DNA from: Podarcis erhardii
Lineage: Eukaryota
Length of the DNA stretch: 64,000 nucleotides
Strand: one strand, 5' to 3'
NCBI GenBank assembly: GCA_964252035.1
Contig: CAXUOO010000144.1
Below, one piece after another: positions 37,743-52,600 of this stretch (the stretch's first letter is position 1; the number at the start of each line of letters is the position of its first letter). Both the position numbers and the translations under genes were made by a program. The notes below the pieces were generated by a model. That model worked only from the letters and a program-made list of their open reading frames with translations. It was not told the DNA's origin and did no database searches.

Positions 37743-40637
37743 CTATACGTATATAGATACAAGTTTATTATTCCTCTAGAAAACCCGTGTTTCAGAATAC
37801 CAGCGTGTACAAAAGCACTTGTCAGTACGCTTATTCCCACTGAGTTCGCATGAGTAAAATCTACTACACGCATAGAGCGCATATGAATATTATATATATA
37901 TGTATATATACACTATATACTTTCAAAGGTTGATATACAAGTAACGAAAGCGGCCGTCAATGCACAATCATTCAAATGCGGTAGACCAACGCAGCATAAT
38001 TCGTTCTACAAAATTTTAACGTTGTATCCTGACACAGCTGATCAACCTCAAATTTCACAGGAGTGGCCGTTGAAACACACGTCTTTGTAACCTTGAAAAA
38101 TCGTATCGTATCATATATGTGCAGTAACACGTCGAGTAGAGGAAGAGAGTACACATATACATATATATAACATATACGTCTATACGCGTAAATAGATATA
38201 TAATTAACAAAAGTTTTCCCCTACTGAAAACGTTTATGAAGTGCAGCAATTTAATTACCACAAAATCCAGCAGTTTGGGATATAGCTCCAAAGGCGATAT
38301 GGTGCCAGAAGTCAATATGAGAGACTGCAAAAAACATCGAACTATGTACAAACAGAAGTATAGACTTCAAACATACACATTAATTCATATACGCATATGT
38401 ATATATGTTTATTTTTTTTTCTCGAAAAAAATCACTTCTTGAAACAATTCATTACGAAATTATAGCCTACCGGGACGAGAGTGCATAGATGAACATCAAC
38501 AAATAACACGTCAAAGCGTGTTTACGTGCACCCAGCGCGCAAGCGTTGAACGAAGAAAAAGATGAAGACGGTCCTGCTTCATACACGAGTTTAATAAGCT
38601 CATGTTCTACAAAAGTACATACATATTTGGTATATATGTACAAATCAATAAGTACATATATATATATATATATGTATCATATAAGATGTATATGTGTTAT
38701 GGAGTATAGCGGCCTGCGTCGCGATTTCTGTCTCTGGAGCTTTGAGAGAACGGCGAATAACCGGGGCTATTCGAAGAAGCTAACTACATATACTTACGCG
38801 CGTATACGAAACGTTAGGGTGAATTAGTATGTTGCTATTCTTGAGAGGAAAACCCTGCAGTATGTCTCTATTATATTCATCTACAGCCATTCCGCCTATT
38901 CTTCATCCTTATCATTGATATTACCTTAACAACCGGTCGCCTCTCAATTCCAATTTCTCTTCTTCAAAAATATCATCGGTACATCAGACGAAAAGGTGTG
39001 GACAGTGGTGCTTGCAAATTTTTACATACATATTTGAAAAATATACGTCATCAGTGCAGCCTTCACCCGCTAAAGAGGTCGGACATTCTTTCGCACACAA
39101 AAAGAATGAATTTGGTAGAGATCTACGCCTGACACTGTACTTGCAACTCAAAGAGTTCACTGCAGTATTCAATGCAGAGATGATAAGACGCGCAGAAACA
39201 TCAAGAGAGAAAGTTTTATCGATTGGTGCTGCGAACATGGACGTGCGTGTCTACCTTAATATACGTCAATGCAAAGGGCCGCAAAATACTCAATTTTAAT
39301 AGGGGCAAGTCTACAAAGTTCGCACAGTTTCTCGAATCAATTTCAAGTAAAGTAGTCACATATATCGTACCTATATATACATATATATTTATATATATGT
39401 AAGGGCCGCAAAATACTCAATTTTAATAGGGGCAAGTCTACAAAGTTCGCACAGTTTCCCGAATCAATTTCAAGTAAAGTAGTCACATATATCGTACCTA
39501 TATATACATATATATTTATATATGTATGTATGTATGAGCGTACGTATAGGTTAACTAAATTACCTGATAACGTTTCAGAATTGGCTGCATAGCGAGGGAG
39601 GCGTCGAGACAGGAAAGTTGAAGAAGGGGATCGTACAAGCCCAGCGCTTCAGGATAAGGATCGCATATCAAGATGAATCCCTCACTGTGATATCGCACGT
39701 ATAGAAGCAAATGGAAAAACTACAAGACGAACTATTTGAGGTTTTGTCAACACAGTTCTGCATCTCCCTCTCTCTCAGCATGTAAAGATGCATATAGCAA
39801 TTACCTAAAGCCCGTACGCACCACATACGAAAGCGAATCTGAACTAAGCCAGAGAAAAAGAAAAAAGAAATGGCGGAAAAACCTGGGTCAGAACTACTTT
39901 ACCTGCTCTTTCTTTATATACATATGTGTACGCATAGAGTATGTTCTTTTCATAGTTGCCTTATATCTACGATATCATGCAGATAAATACTATGCTCATA
40001 GACTCTCTTGTTTGATTCAGAATCATGGCATCAGAAAAATACGCTTTGGAAAAATTCAGCTTCAACAGTACTTTGAAAATGCTGACATAACAATATGCAA
40101 GAAAGAAAGTTACATACTTCTGTCGTGTAAACAAACTCTGTTCTAAGATGCACAGCGCTCAACCCCTTATAATGAGAATGTCTTACAGCTGTAAAGGTAC
40201 CAGACAAGAATCAAACACCTGCAAATATAGATATGCATGTAAATGCATACACATACATGCCTATATCAAAACGAATATAATTACGAAGGAAATGATATAT
40301 ATATATATATATTTTATTTTTTTTATCGAAGCAGAGTAGATCAGCCTCAAACTGTACCAATGCGTTCCCAAAATACGAGTCAAGTCTACAAAATTCATAA
40401 AATCAGACCGAATGTACAGGCTACCTACACCTGATTTCATGTACATGTATACATGCATAGTGATGTGCTAAGACACTTGGTTTCGCTCTAAGAAATTATT
40501 TTCCTACATGTGAGATTTCCTTACATACGTCAACGGCCTATATATATATATATACATATATACGTACGCCGCGTTTAATCGGCAGGTATACACCTATGTA
40601 CACGCAGAGCATGCCGTTCACAACTGTACCTAACGTA

Positions 40638-40674
<37 letters not shown>

Positions 40675-41446
40675 AGACCTTCCTACATATGTAAAATTAC
40701 ATTCGAGCGTACGAGTTTTGGAAAAACCTTGAAATCAAAAGAAAATATGTAGAATGCTCCTTACCAGTACGTAGCTACGAGCGTGCAGAAATCAGCGACT
40801 AGCGTGAGTGGGGCATAGCTTTCCACTTCTGTAAGCTGTAAAGTATTGAATAAACTCTTCAAGCGATCGTAAAAAAACTTCAAAACATTTGCATCGATGT
40901 GCGTTCCCTTCTCAAAAGAATGAAGAAAGGACAACGGGCCTTCGCTCTTTAGCTCGTGTATCCTGTACAGTAAGAATAGACGCAAAATGCGTATTTGGGT
41001 AAAACTGTTTTTTTTCACAACAGGATGGAATGCTGTATTCTATGCATACGACCACTCACTGAACAAACTGACATAAATTTTTCTTTTCTCTATGACCAAT
41101 AATATGAATTCACATCACATATAGATACAAATTCTTATATATATATATAATTATGCTACTCCTTTTGTCTCTATCTGTCTCGCATTCTCTCCTTTCATGA
41201 ATATGTATATATATTTGGTTAACAAAGTGAATAAATATATAAACACATAAGTACGAATATATATATATATATATATATATATGCAGTCTACCGTCTAGAG
41301 TTTGAAACACGCCACTCGTAATAGTTCCTCTTGCTCTTGCTTTTCTTCAGCATTATATCATAGTGCAACACATGCTTAATAAAAGAATCTTTCCAAGTTA
41401 TTCGTAAATCACTGTAAAGGCGGTGAGATCATGCAAGTAGCTCTCA

Positions 41447-41490
<44 letters not shown>

Positions 41491-41642
41491 GAGACATTAC
41501 ATGAATCCCTCACGTTTCACGACTTACCATATGTACAATTGAGGCACACACAATTCCTCTACGGTTTAGAATCTTTACAAGTAACCCCTTTCTTTGAATC
41601 GAGGATGCTTGCATATAGTCCGTGCCACTTCACAACAATTGC

Positions 41643-41692
<50 letters not shown>

Positions 41693-43705
41693 CACACACA
41701 TATTTGAGAAATTGGTTCTTATTAATTCACCTACACTATATATATATATATATATTTATTAATTTATTTGTTGACAGCTGTACGTAAAGCATTTACTGTG
41801 ATTTTTCAAATGCTGATGTCTAGAAACTGATTGATTCCAATCGATAGCGTCTACACACGCCAAGGTACACGCCGTATATATATGAATAAATTTCCTTGTA
41901 TTTTTATGTACGGAGAGAAGAAAGAGTTAGGTTGCAGCTTTACTGAAGCTGTTCAACTCTCACATTCTGCGTTTCTCTTGCTTCTCCTACCTGTTTGATA
42001 CATATGGAGATCTATAAAGCCGTGGAAAGAGTAGACTCAGAAAGTGATTTAGTGAGTTTTTAGTGCATGCACATGCTATCGCGCCTCCCAGTCATCCCCT
42101 TAACAATATGACTGCACACTAGTTGTCTGCTACTAAGTACAGATTTCCAATTTTGTGAGTCTCTGCATGCTACGGTCGCATATGCAAGCCCTAGCTGTGC
42201 AAGAGTTTTCTTTGTTTGTTTTCTTTTTTGCAGTGATCGACTAAAGCTTATTATTGCTGAGTGAAGAAGATTTCGAGGTTTTACGCTAGGCAGTTTCAGC
42301 TTCAGCGTTGCGCTGTAGAAGTCAGCAGTTGTGTAACTTATTATCGTCCGCTGTGTTTTCATTGTAGTAAAATGCACATATTTCACGCTACTGCATCATA
42401 TAACAAGCTGTAGATACATTTTCTGCTGCTGTAGTGAAAAAGCTGACTTTATGTAGGATTTTAGGTAAGAAACGACGCGCGACATCAAAGATACGAAGTG
42501 TTCAGCTTTTCGAATGCTTCCAGGAATTGCCTGCGCAGATGAAAATGCAGAGTTGCTTGCACAAGACACGTTTTGTATACTGAAGCTCGACTTAAACGGA
42601 CACACTGAAGAGTTGAGATGCATAGAAGAGTAGACACACAGACTCTTTTGCAGTTTCTCATGCGCTTTTTTTGCATTGATAAACTGCAAGTAAAACACTA
42701 AATAGGTTTACGTATGCGTGTTCATCTGCGGAAAACACATCCTTCAAACTTGAACGGATTTCGAGAGAAATGTTCAAAGTGAATGTATGATAAATTGCAT
42801 GCACCATATACCTACATATATGTATATATATATGTGGGGAGGCAGCGTAAAACACCCAGCAAAGTTTTAATGAACAGAGTAGCTATGCATGTACTGTTTC
42901 GAAGCTTGAATTGGTAAGCTGGAGTGCTGTGTGCTTAGAATACTGCTGCTACTGGTTTCTGAGTAGGAGTAGAAAAAAATTATTGAAAACACTTCGAGAT
43001 CCGCTTCCCCACGTATATTAGAAATGGATAGTGTTCTGCAAATTGCACATTCATGCTTGAGTTCACTATCGATACTTGCGGTCGCGACTGCGTATTTATA
43101 CACAACATCTCTTTACACAAGCTCACTGTACAGCAGAGATACTGCACAGTTGGATCTTAAGTTCTCAACAAAACAAGCAGCGACTGCTGCGGGCATCTGC
43201 ATATGCATAATTTGACAATTAAATACGATTCGTGTTCATATACTGCAAAAATCACTAACTTAGACTACGCACACACATACACATACACACACACACATAT
43301 ACACACTTTATGTCAAGTACGTCTGTACATCTACATACATATATATACATATATATATATATATATAATTTTACAGTATTTTATATTATATTTTTTATTA
43401 TATTATTTTCATTATAATATAATATATTATATTATATGTATATATATAATTTACGAAGCGATTTATACAGACCAACGTATGAAAAGCGGAGCACGTTAGT
43501 TATCGCAGAACAAGCAGAGGCCACAATACCGAGACAGACGCCACAACAAACTATATATATAGAAACAATCAAAGAGATGCAAATTAGTGTCAAAATGCAG
43601 GTGCCATGTAGGAGATATCATCTCGATATAAACAACGGCCCTATAAGAAAAACCTGTGCATATGATGGTAAACTTGCGTATACACGAGTCAACTAGCGTT
43701 TCACC

Positions 43706-43751
<46 letters not shown>

Positions 43752-44307
43752 AATGTATATGTACATATATGGATTTTTATAGGTTGATACAGATAGTGTC
43801 AAGGAAGGCTTGAATTTGAATAATTCCCGGAATGCGTAGCGTACACGGATTCTAAGTAGGCGTGCTGCGCAGCCGATGCCCCTTTTTGCCATGTTGGTGA
43901 AAACTCTAGAAACATTGAACAGTTAAACAAATAAATAAATAAACATATACATATATATATATATATATGCGTATTTTACATATGAAAAGAGCCGTCTTTC
44001 TCGCAATGCAATACGATATTTCACTGCGTGGTGGCACGCTCAGTTCACTCATACGTATTGTATCCCTATATCTCTATGAATATAAATATAAATTAGTGTC
44101 AGCTATATACATATATATATATGTATATATGTTGTTTGGGCTTGTTGTTTAGTGAGAACGCTTTTGCAAGCAAAAAGAGAGCGAGATTGCAGTTGTTTGA
44201 CGGAAATGTTGCAGAAGCATAAAAAACAGTGATGTCTTTTTATCTTAGATCTATTCACACGTGTCAATCAGAATTGCGAATTCTACATATATAGAAGTAC
44301 CACGAAA

Positions 44308-44351
<44 letters not shown>

Positions 44352-47259
44352 GAGCGGCATTTTTAGCCAGCGCTGCAGTATACAAACAATTGCATAGTTT
44401 AAGATAGCAGAAGACGTGAAAGTGGAAACGAACACACATACGATAGAAGCCCGCAGTGTTTTTCATCACACACATGTTGCGTAGCAGAAGCTCAACCTTA
44501 CACGCCCCCAAAAGTGAAGAAAACTAAATTGGAATCAGCAGGCATCATTTCCAAACAAATGTGAGTCCCGCACTGATACACGCAGCAGAACACACACAGA
44601 TCTACATATATATAAATATATATTGATTCAACAGCGTTTAGAGTCAGCTTATATGTGTAGATTCAGCGAAGAAAAACCGCGCATCGTTGTTGTTGCTGAA
44701 AAATCCGCAGTTTATTCCTCGGGTAAAAGTGTGTGTCTACAAAATTCAGACAACGACTTGCATATACCGAGCGCAAATCTACAAATAAAAGAAGCCGACA
44801 CACCTGTTCAACAAGCGAATCATCAGGAAGAAGAGGACTTGCTAGCAGCTCGAGCGTGTCGTCAGTAAGTGAAGTACGAGTGCATGCATCAAGAGATTCT
44901 GGCTCTTTCCTTGAAGCTTCTAGAGCGATTTTTTCAGCTGCTGGCTTGTCTCCAGCTTCCCCTTCTTCTTCTTCAGTTCCCCTCTCTGTCTCTTTTCTCT
45001 CGACGCCTTCTTTTTCAGGTAATGGCTCATTCTCTGCTCTACTCAGGCCTTCTGTTTCTTGCGCTTTGGAAGACTCAGCTGCCTCATTCGGACGTCGCCG
45101 CTTCAAGTTTTGAATTAAGTTTTCGTATTCTTCTCGCAGTCTCTCTGCATCCTCGCGCTTCACTCTAACACACATTCGTACATTAAACGCGAAACAGAGC
45201 TTCTGTGTTCAAATATATATACATATATATATAATGTATATCTATACATCCACCAAACGACTTCAAACACAAACACACACACACACAAATGTCTGCAAAA
45301 ACATATACATATATATATCGACCAAGAGACTTCACAAACACACACAAATGTCTGCAAAAACATATATATATATATATATATATCGATCAAGCGACTTCAC
45401 AAACACACACAAACGTCTGCAACAACATATATATATATATATATATTTATATGCTCATGATATATGCATTTACATTTTTCACTGTGTACAACTATGGTAT
45501 ATATGTATATATATGCATATTTATATAGTGACCTATCAAGAACACATTACACCCATCAGAAGACAGTAAGAAGTAGAATTGCATAATGATTAATCAAATA
45601 CGAACAGCGATTGCTGCACTGTAAGACTGCAGAAAGTTTATGTACTCAGCCCTGTGATGCATGCACAGGTAGACGAACGTTAAAAGAAAACGGAAAACCA
45701 ACTTAGAATCACTCGAGTCTACGATGTGTCCCGTTCTTCAAAATTTGAAGAATGGGATATCTATGCATCTGGACATACATGCATCTCCGTTATTACTGCA
45801 TTCAGTTGAAGTCTGTAAGTGTAGACACTTGAACAGAGAGAAAGAGAAAGAAAAACTCGACACACCAAACGCAAAATAGATGGTTATAGACTATTTTTTA
45901 GCTTATTTCTGTGAAAGATAGAGATAGGCAGACAGATACGTAAAAAAGAGTCGATAAATTTCGTACAGCGACAGAACAGACTCCTAAAATTAAAAGCAGG
46001 TTGCACATGTGAGGACATGCGCAAAACAAAATTGACGCGGGCCATCATGAAAAGCTATACATATACAAATAGATAGATATAATGTTCACACATAACGTAT
46101 TTTTCTAAAATCTTATTATTACTTGCTTATGCGGATGTGCACCCACATACACATGTGATCATATATATACATATATATATACATAAATATATGTATGTAT
46201 ATCGCGCGCTCCTACAACACATATATATATATATATATGTATACATACATAGGGAAAAAGATAAATTACAGGTAGAAAGTTTGTGTATGTGTGTGTGTGT
46301 GTATTCGTTTGTGAACCATCTTCACGAGAAGCACATACTTTCGTACACAGCTGCACATTAAGAGGGCCTACGATAATGAAAGAGCAAGTATTATCGAGAT
46401 GTCGTTTAAGGGTATAAAGCGTACTCCTGAATTTTTTCAGCGAGTTGGCTGAGGTTCCGGAGGGCGCCTTCCATGAGCGATCGATTGATATTTACGCTCA
46501 GAGCTTCTATGCAGACGTTATCAATATTATGTGCTTCATCAAAAACAACTACAGATCCTTCAAAGATGCCTTCTGTATTCGACCCACTTTGTCCTGCTGT
46601 GGCTGCTTTGTATGGCGCTGCGTACGTAGCGCCTCTCTGCCGCATCTTTCCTCCATTTTGGACGCTTTCTGGTGAAGGAGTTAGCAGAGCTGCCTGAAAT
46701 ATAAAAAGAACAAGTTGATTTCACTTTTTTTCAATGACTTCAACACACACACACACATATTCATGCTGTACAGTCAGTCTATCTATGCACATATACATCA
46801 ACCTACATATATATATATATAGAATATGTATAGAGAAAGAGAGAAAAAAGAAAGAGACAGAGATGTACAGATCCCCACATGTGGTACTCAGCCTGCAACA
46901 TGAGCCTGTGTTGCACGTCCTACATAATATACAAATATACATATACTTATCTGTAATGCGTAAACACATATATATATATATATGCGGGTGTATATTATAT
47001 GGGAAGAAGGGAGGCAAAGCAAAGGTACTGCTGAGTATCCAGTCTGATCAAGTCTTCAAATGTATATGAAAAGATAATTTAAATGAGCGAAAAAACTCCA
47101 GAGATGTACGTGTCTCTTTCATTTACGATTCGTGAGGCTTTCAAGTCTTGAAACTACAATAATGTTTTCAATATATATATTAATTTAGAGCAATTGAGCT
47201 ATAGAAGCTCGGTCAAGACTTTAGGGCAGACTGTGTAGATATACACGTGAGCAGCAGTT

Positions 47260-47299
<40 letters not shown>

Positions 47300-49646
47300 C
47301 AAAGAGGCCAGCATAAATAATAGCAGGCACAGCAGAAAATGCATTAATTACTGACGCACTTCTAACAACAGCCCCAAAACCAACAGAAAACCCATCAAAC
47401 ACAGAGGCACTCGCATGCAGTAGAAGAAGCCGATCTATTATTGTTCAGACTCTCCTAGTTGATGGATTTGGCGACTTTCAATCGAATACGCTTACTCGAC
47501 TATCTATCGACAAAGAGGAAGTCAGCTGCATCTAAAAAACGTAGTGGTTGCTCCACAAACAGAAAATGTATAAAACGACAAATTTGTCGATTTCAACGCA
47601 ATCGTCGCCACGAGTTGAAGACATTGAAGGCGTCTACTCTTCAAGAACAACTTGTCCTTATTTCGCAAAACCTCAGTAAGTACGTACTCCTACACTCTTT
47701 GCGCAAATACCTGAAAACTTACCTGAGAAACTTTAGGGTCTAGTATATACTGGTTATTGCGCAGATTACCAGAAAATTTACTTGAGAAACTTTAAGGTCT
47801 AGTATATACGGGTAATTGCGCAGATTACCTAAAAAACATACCTGAGAAACTTTGGGGTCTAGTATATACTGGTAATTCAAAACTACGACGTTGGCGATAT
47901 GGAGAAGACGTCTTGCAAGGAAATAAGGACAAAAGGGCAGAGTGCGTTGAAGAATGGGATGCCGCCACTGCGCAGCTACATTCTTCAGTTCTTCGATTGT
48001 GTAGACACCTGTGAAAAGTAGACACGCGAATTTGCCACATACAGGGGATAGAAGAAGCAAACGAGAGATTTGGTGCATGTACAGACCACTCAGCTTCGAC
48101 AGTTCTTTCATTTCGAACCAAAAATCACTTTTCTGCTTCACGTGTAAACGAGATCCTAAGCGTACACAGAGGGGCCGACACGTAGACATTTTCGATATAA
48201 AAAAACCACATCACACATATACACATATGCATATATACCTACGCAAACACTTCTGCATAACATCATGCACATACATTACATACATATACATATATATATA
48301 TGTGGGAGAGGAGATTTGTGCAGAGTTGTTGTGGAGTAGCGCTCTGCGTCTATAAATTAATAGGCTTCAGCAGAGCAACAAAGAAGGGAGGAAAGCTAGA
48401 GTGTTTAAACAGTGACTGTAGGCATACAAGATGCAAGACGAAGAAAAGACAGAATAAAGTCTAGGGACTACGCTTGAGAATCCAAAGACAACGATTTGCT
48501 CGATCAGAACCACATATGTGCGCTCTAAATACATACATATATATATATATATATCTGCGTTGCAGACTCGTGAGAAAAAGTTGAAGATGCCGTTTATTGG
48601 GTTTCGTTGTTTGAGTTGCAACTTTTCAAAAGTGGTGATGTTGAACGGCATCAAGTTTGCAGCATCAGTAAACTAGAGCAGTATGCGTTACATTTCCTCA
48701 GTAGTACGATATATACAAGATATATATATATATAGAGAGAGAGAGATATGGAGAGTTCCATTCGAACAAAAGAGGAGCCGTTCCTTTACAAAAGATTTCA
48801 GAGCAGTGGTTTTTCGCAGCTTCCTCAGCCCAGAACAGCGCGTTTCGTGCACATAAGTATAATATAGAGAATCAGTAGCAGCGAGTACATGCGTCCATTC
48901 GACCAGAAAAACGAGACAGATATGGGCGACTACAGACACATTTTCTGTCAAAAGCAGCACGAAAACGATACACGTACATATGTATATGCACAGTAGTGAG
49001 AAGTTCACAAGAAGAAGTTTCCAATGCTCCTTCGACCTGTGCACTGCGTCGTCACTCGAGAATACTGTAGATATACGTATATCTACAAACGCAGAGGTGG
49101 AATAATAGAGTAGAGAAAGACGAAACTCACCAGCAGGGAAAAACTGAGGGGCGAAAAAGCGATCGAAGTTCTCATACCAAGCACACAAAGAAGGCGAATA
49201 GTGTCCAAGCGCTGCCTCTTCGTTTGAAGCTAGCGCTTCTCTTCTACGCTGCTGCCGCTCCAAAGCAGAAGCCGATGCGTCTCCAGTGTTATCAGCGGAA
49301 GACGTAGTAGAAGAAAGGCCCAAACGTTGAGAAGGATTTGGTACTAAATCTTCAATATCCGAGGAACTATAGGCCTCGGAAGTGGAAGGATTATAACTTG
49401 TTAGGTAGTGCTGTCTCACCCACGGGGCTGTGCGTTCGCGACCTAGCGACAGAAAAAGAGAGAATTGCACTGCTTGTTCTACACCAAACAGTGTGTACAT
49501 ACAGCTGTTTCTTCTTCTGTAGATTTTTGCCTGAAAAAATGTGCCTGTTCTATGTAACGCTTCAAAAGCATGTACAGTACTGGACAGTTCTTCTAGTTAG
49601 TACACAAGTTCTCAAACAGACTTGGTCGGTACAGACAACAACACTC

Positions 49647-49682
<36 letters not shown>

Positions 49683-52600
49683 TCTCTCGACTCATTTGCG
49701 TCCTACTTTTTCCACATATGTAGGGAAAGGAAGAAGCACATGTGATGGGAAGAACTAAAAAGAAGGAAGCAGCACGTTTCTGTGTAAAATTTCAAGCACT
49801 TTAAAGGCTTGGTTGAGCACACAACTGCCCTTGCGCTCATGCACAATCAACATGCATGTATACAGGCAAGAGTGGTTCTGACATTTGTGTACAAATCGTC
49901 GACTACTTCTACTATTCGACACGTTGACCTATACGTTGTCTAAGCATGATCACACACATATACACATATATGCACACATACATAAGATAGGCAAAAAGTG
50001 TGAAGCTTTCTCACTCTCCCTTTCTCTCTCTCTGTGTCCGTAAACATATAGACACACTTCATATATATGCAAATATATATAGAGAGAGAGAGATGGTGAA
50101 CTTACAACCCTGATCGATTTTTTCTCTGTCTGGTTGCTGACAAACAGCGGGATTTATACACATGTTGCGTCGCGCTGAAAGACCAACAGCCAGTATATAG
50201 CCTGCACCTACATTAAGTGCACACGAATGCGCACTCAATTAAAGGGTATAATATGTGTGTCAAATATTTGAAGAATTACAATGAGATAAGCCACATGAAA
50301 AAGAACACTGGACACGTTCTTGGCTCGTCGCGAAACGAAATTATACGAAAATTTCAAACAAATTCATTTCCAGATGTTTGAGCACTGGCAGTAGAACGAC
50401 TTACTACTGTGTCCTCAGACACTATAAAATGTTTACCTTTCAGTGTGTGTGGATATTGTTATTCGTTAAATGAACGATAAAGGTATGTCCGTGCTAGATT
50501 TTCTTCTATGCATGAACTGCAACAGCGTGTCTGCTACAAAATAAGGTACGTACACGATACAGCAAACATATATATTTCATGTTATGTGTGGAATGAAGCT
50601 GCAGAACTTTGCATACGTGTTTGCTCCGAAATAGTTGAGATAAGAGTTTCGAACTTCTGCACTGGCCATGTACAAATCCCAACGTCTTGTATAAAGAGAC
50701 GTACACATTCGAAAAGTCGAAAAAACATTGCCACACAAATACACAGAAACAAAGTATCCGCCTTTGCTAGATGTACACCTTATCGAGGGTAGACACACAC
50801 TCCAAATAAACATGTCAGAACTTCATTCACAGCCTCTCTTTATTTCCAGGATACTGCTAAGGTGGAGCCTCTGTTTTTCTCAACCTTAATCGCTCAATTC
50901 AGGGTCATGTACACCTTATCGAGGGTAGACACACACTCCAAATAAACATGTCAGAACTTCATTCACAGCCTCTCTTTATTTCCAGGATACTGCTAAGGTG
51001 GAGCCTCTGTTTTTCTCAACCTTAATCGCTCAATTCAGGGTCAAAAACACTAAAAATGCAGCATATTCGCAGCTACCGATGTACTTATATGCAACGGCTA
51101 TATATATGTACACATATACAGATATAGATAGAGAGAAAGAGAAGAGAGACTAAAATAAATCTTTGCTTCCTTCCTCTTTTTTTTTCTAACACAAATATAA
51201 TGCTGAACGTTTTGAATACAAGTATGTAAGTACATCAGATATATATTTGTCCTACACGCTGCTATAAGGGCTAAAAAGCACTGTGTCTGGGTCCGTTCAA
51301 TTGCATGTAGGTTGGTAAATTCTTGAAATCGTGCCCCTTCGTCAAAAGGCATGACTGAATGCAAAGAGAAGATGTTTTGTTCACACAAAGTCTGTGAACT
51401 TAGGCATCCTTGATATGTCCACAAACATCCAGAATTCTATATATACACCGAACGAGAGATACATAAAGAGAAAGAAAATCGAAGAGACAAGGACACTTGT
51501 CTGCTCGAGCACCTAAAATATATAAAATATATGTTTTATACATATATATATATACATACCAAAGGAAAGTTGTGCGTAGAATTCTTGGCTTTGTGATGCT
51601 GCTGAGTGACTGGAAAGCGCGCGTTCGCAGGAAGAAATGAACAACCAAAACTCCCCAAGTAGTGGAGGAAAACAGTAGAGATGTTGAGCTCGAAATATCA
51701 TATACTGCACAGTGTAGATGACTGTAAAACATGCTTGGCGTATTTTTGTTGCATAGCAGTGATTCCACAACAGCCGCGTCTCATCTTTTGCTGCGCACAC
51801 GAGGAACCCTTTTCCAAGAGAAAAATTTTGCTGCATCTTTCCACGTACACCTAGACACTTCGTTATAGAGAGAAAAATACAAGCTTGAACAAGAAAGGCA
51901 TTTCACAGCCACCAAAGCACCTACTGGCCATAGCTCTGCCAATGAAAGGCGGAGACTCGCGCGATTGTTTCTCAGTTTCACTGTTTTTCTTCAAATTTGT
52001 CAAAGCCATTTGGAGACTTCGCAGCTGTTTCTGAGCCCGTTTCAACAGAGACAGCAGAAGAACTGCCAGCGCCCCCCACAGAAGGCTCAGAAGCAGTGCC
52101 GACTACCAAAGGAGTTTCTGTCTGAGTTTTTTTTGGGGCCTCTGTTTGAGCACTTTCAGTTGAAGTTTTGTCTTTGGCGTCGTCGCTTTTTCCTTCGCTA
52201 ATTCTTCGATGCGGTAGTCAATCACGCCCTTCAACTCAAGCAACGCCTTCTCCATTTCAGGCACCTAGCCAGAGACGAGCAGTTGTGTTGCAACCGTTTG
52301 GTGGTGGAATCTGCCTCTCTCAGAAAAAGTGCAATTTTTCGAGTATGAGTCACAATACACTTGTACACGGTTCACACATACACTGTAAAGGATGCTTGTC
52401 GCTGCAGTTTTTGAAAACCAATTGCAGACACTGCCTCCCTCTCTTTTATCGACTCTCTACGCATTCAGTCGAGTTCACTCATCGGGGAAGGTTTACTTGT
52501 GAAAATAGAGAGAGATCGGTATTTTATCGAATAAGTATCGCACACATACTGGTGGAGATGCAATCGCAGGCACACACAAAAAGTCGTACCCAAACCTGCA

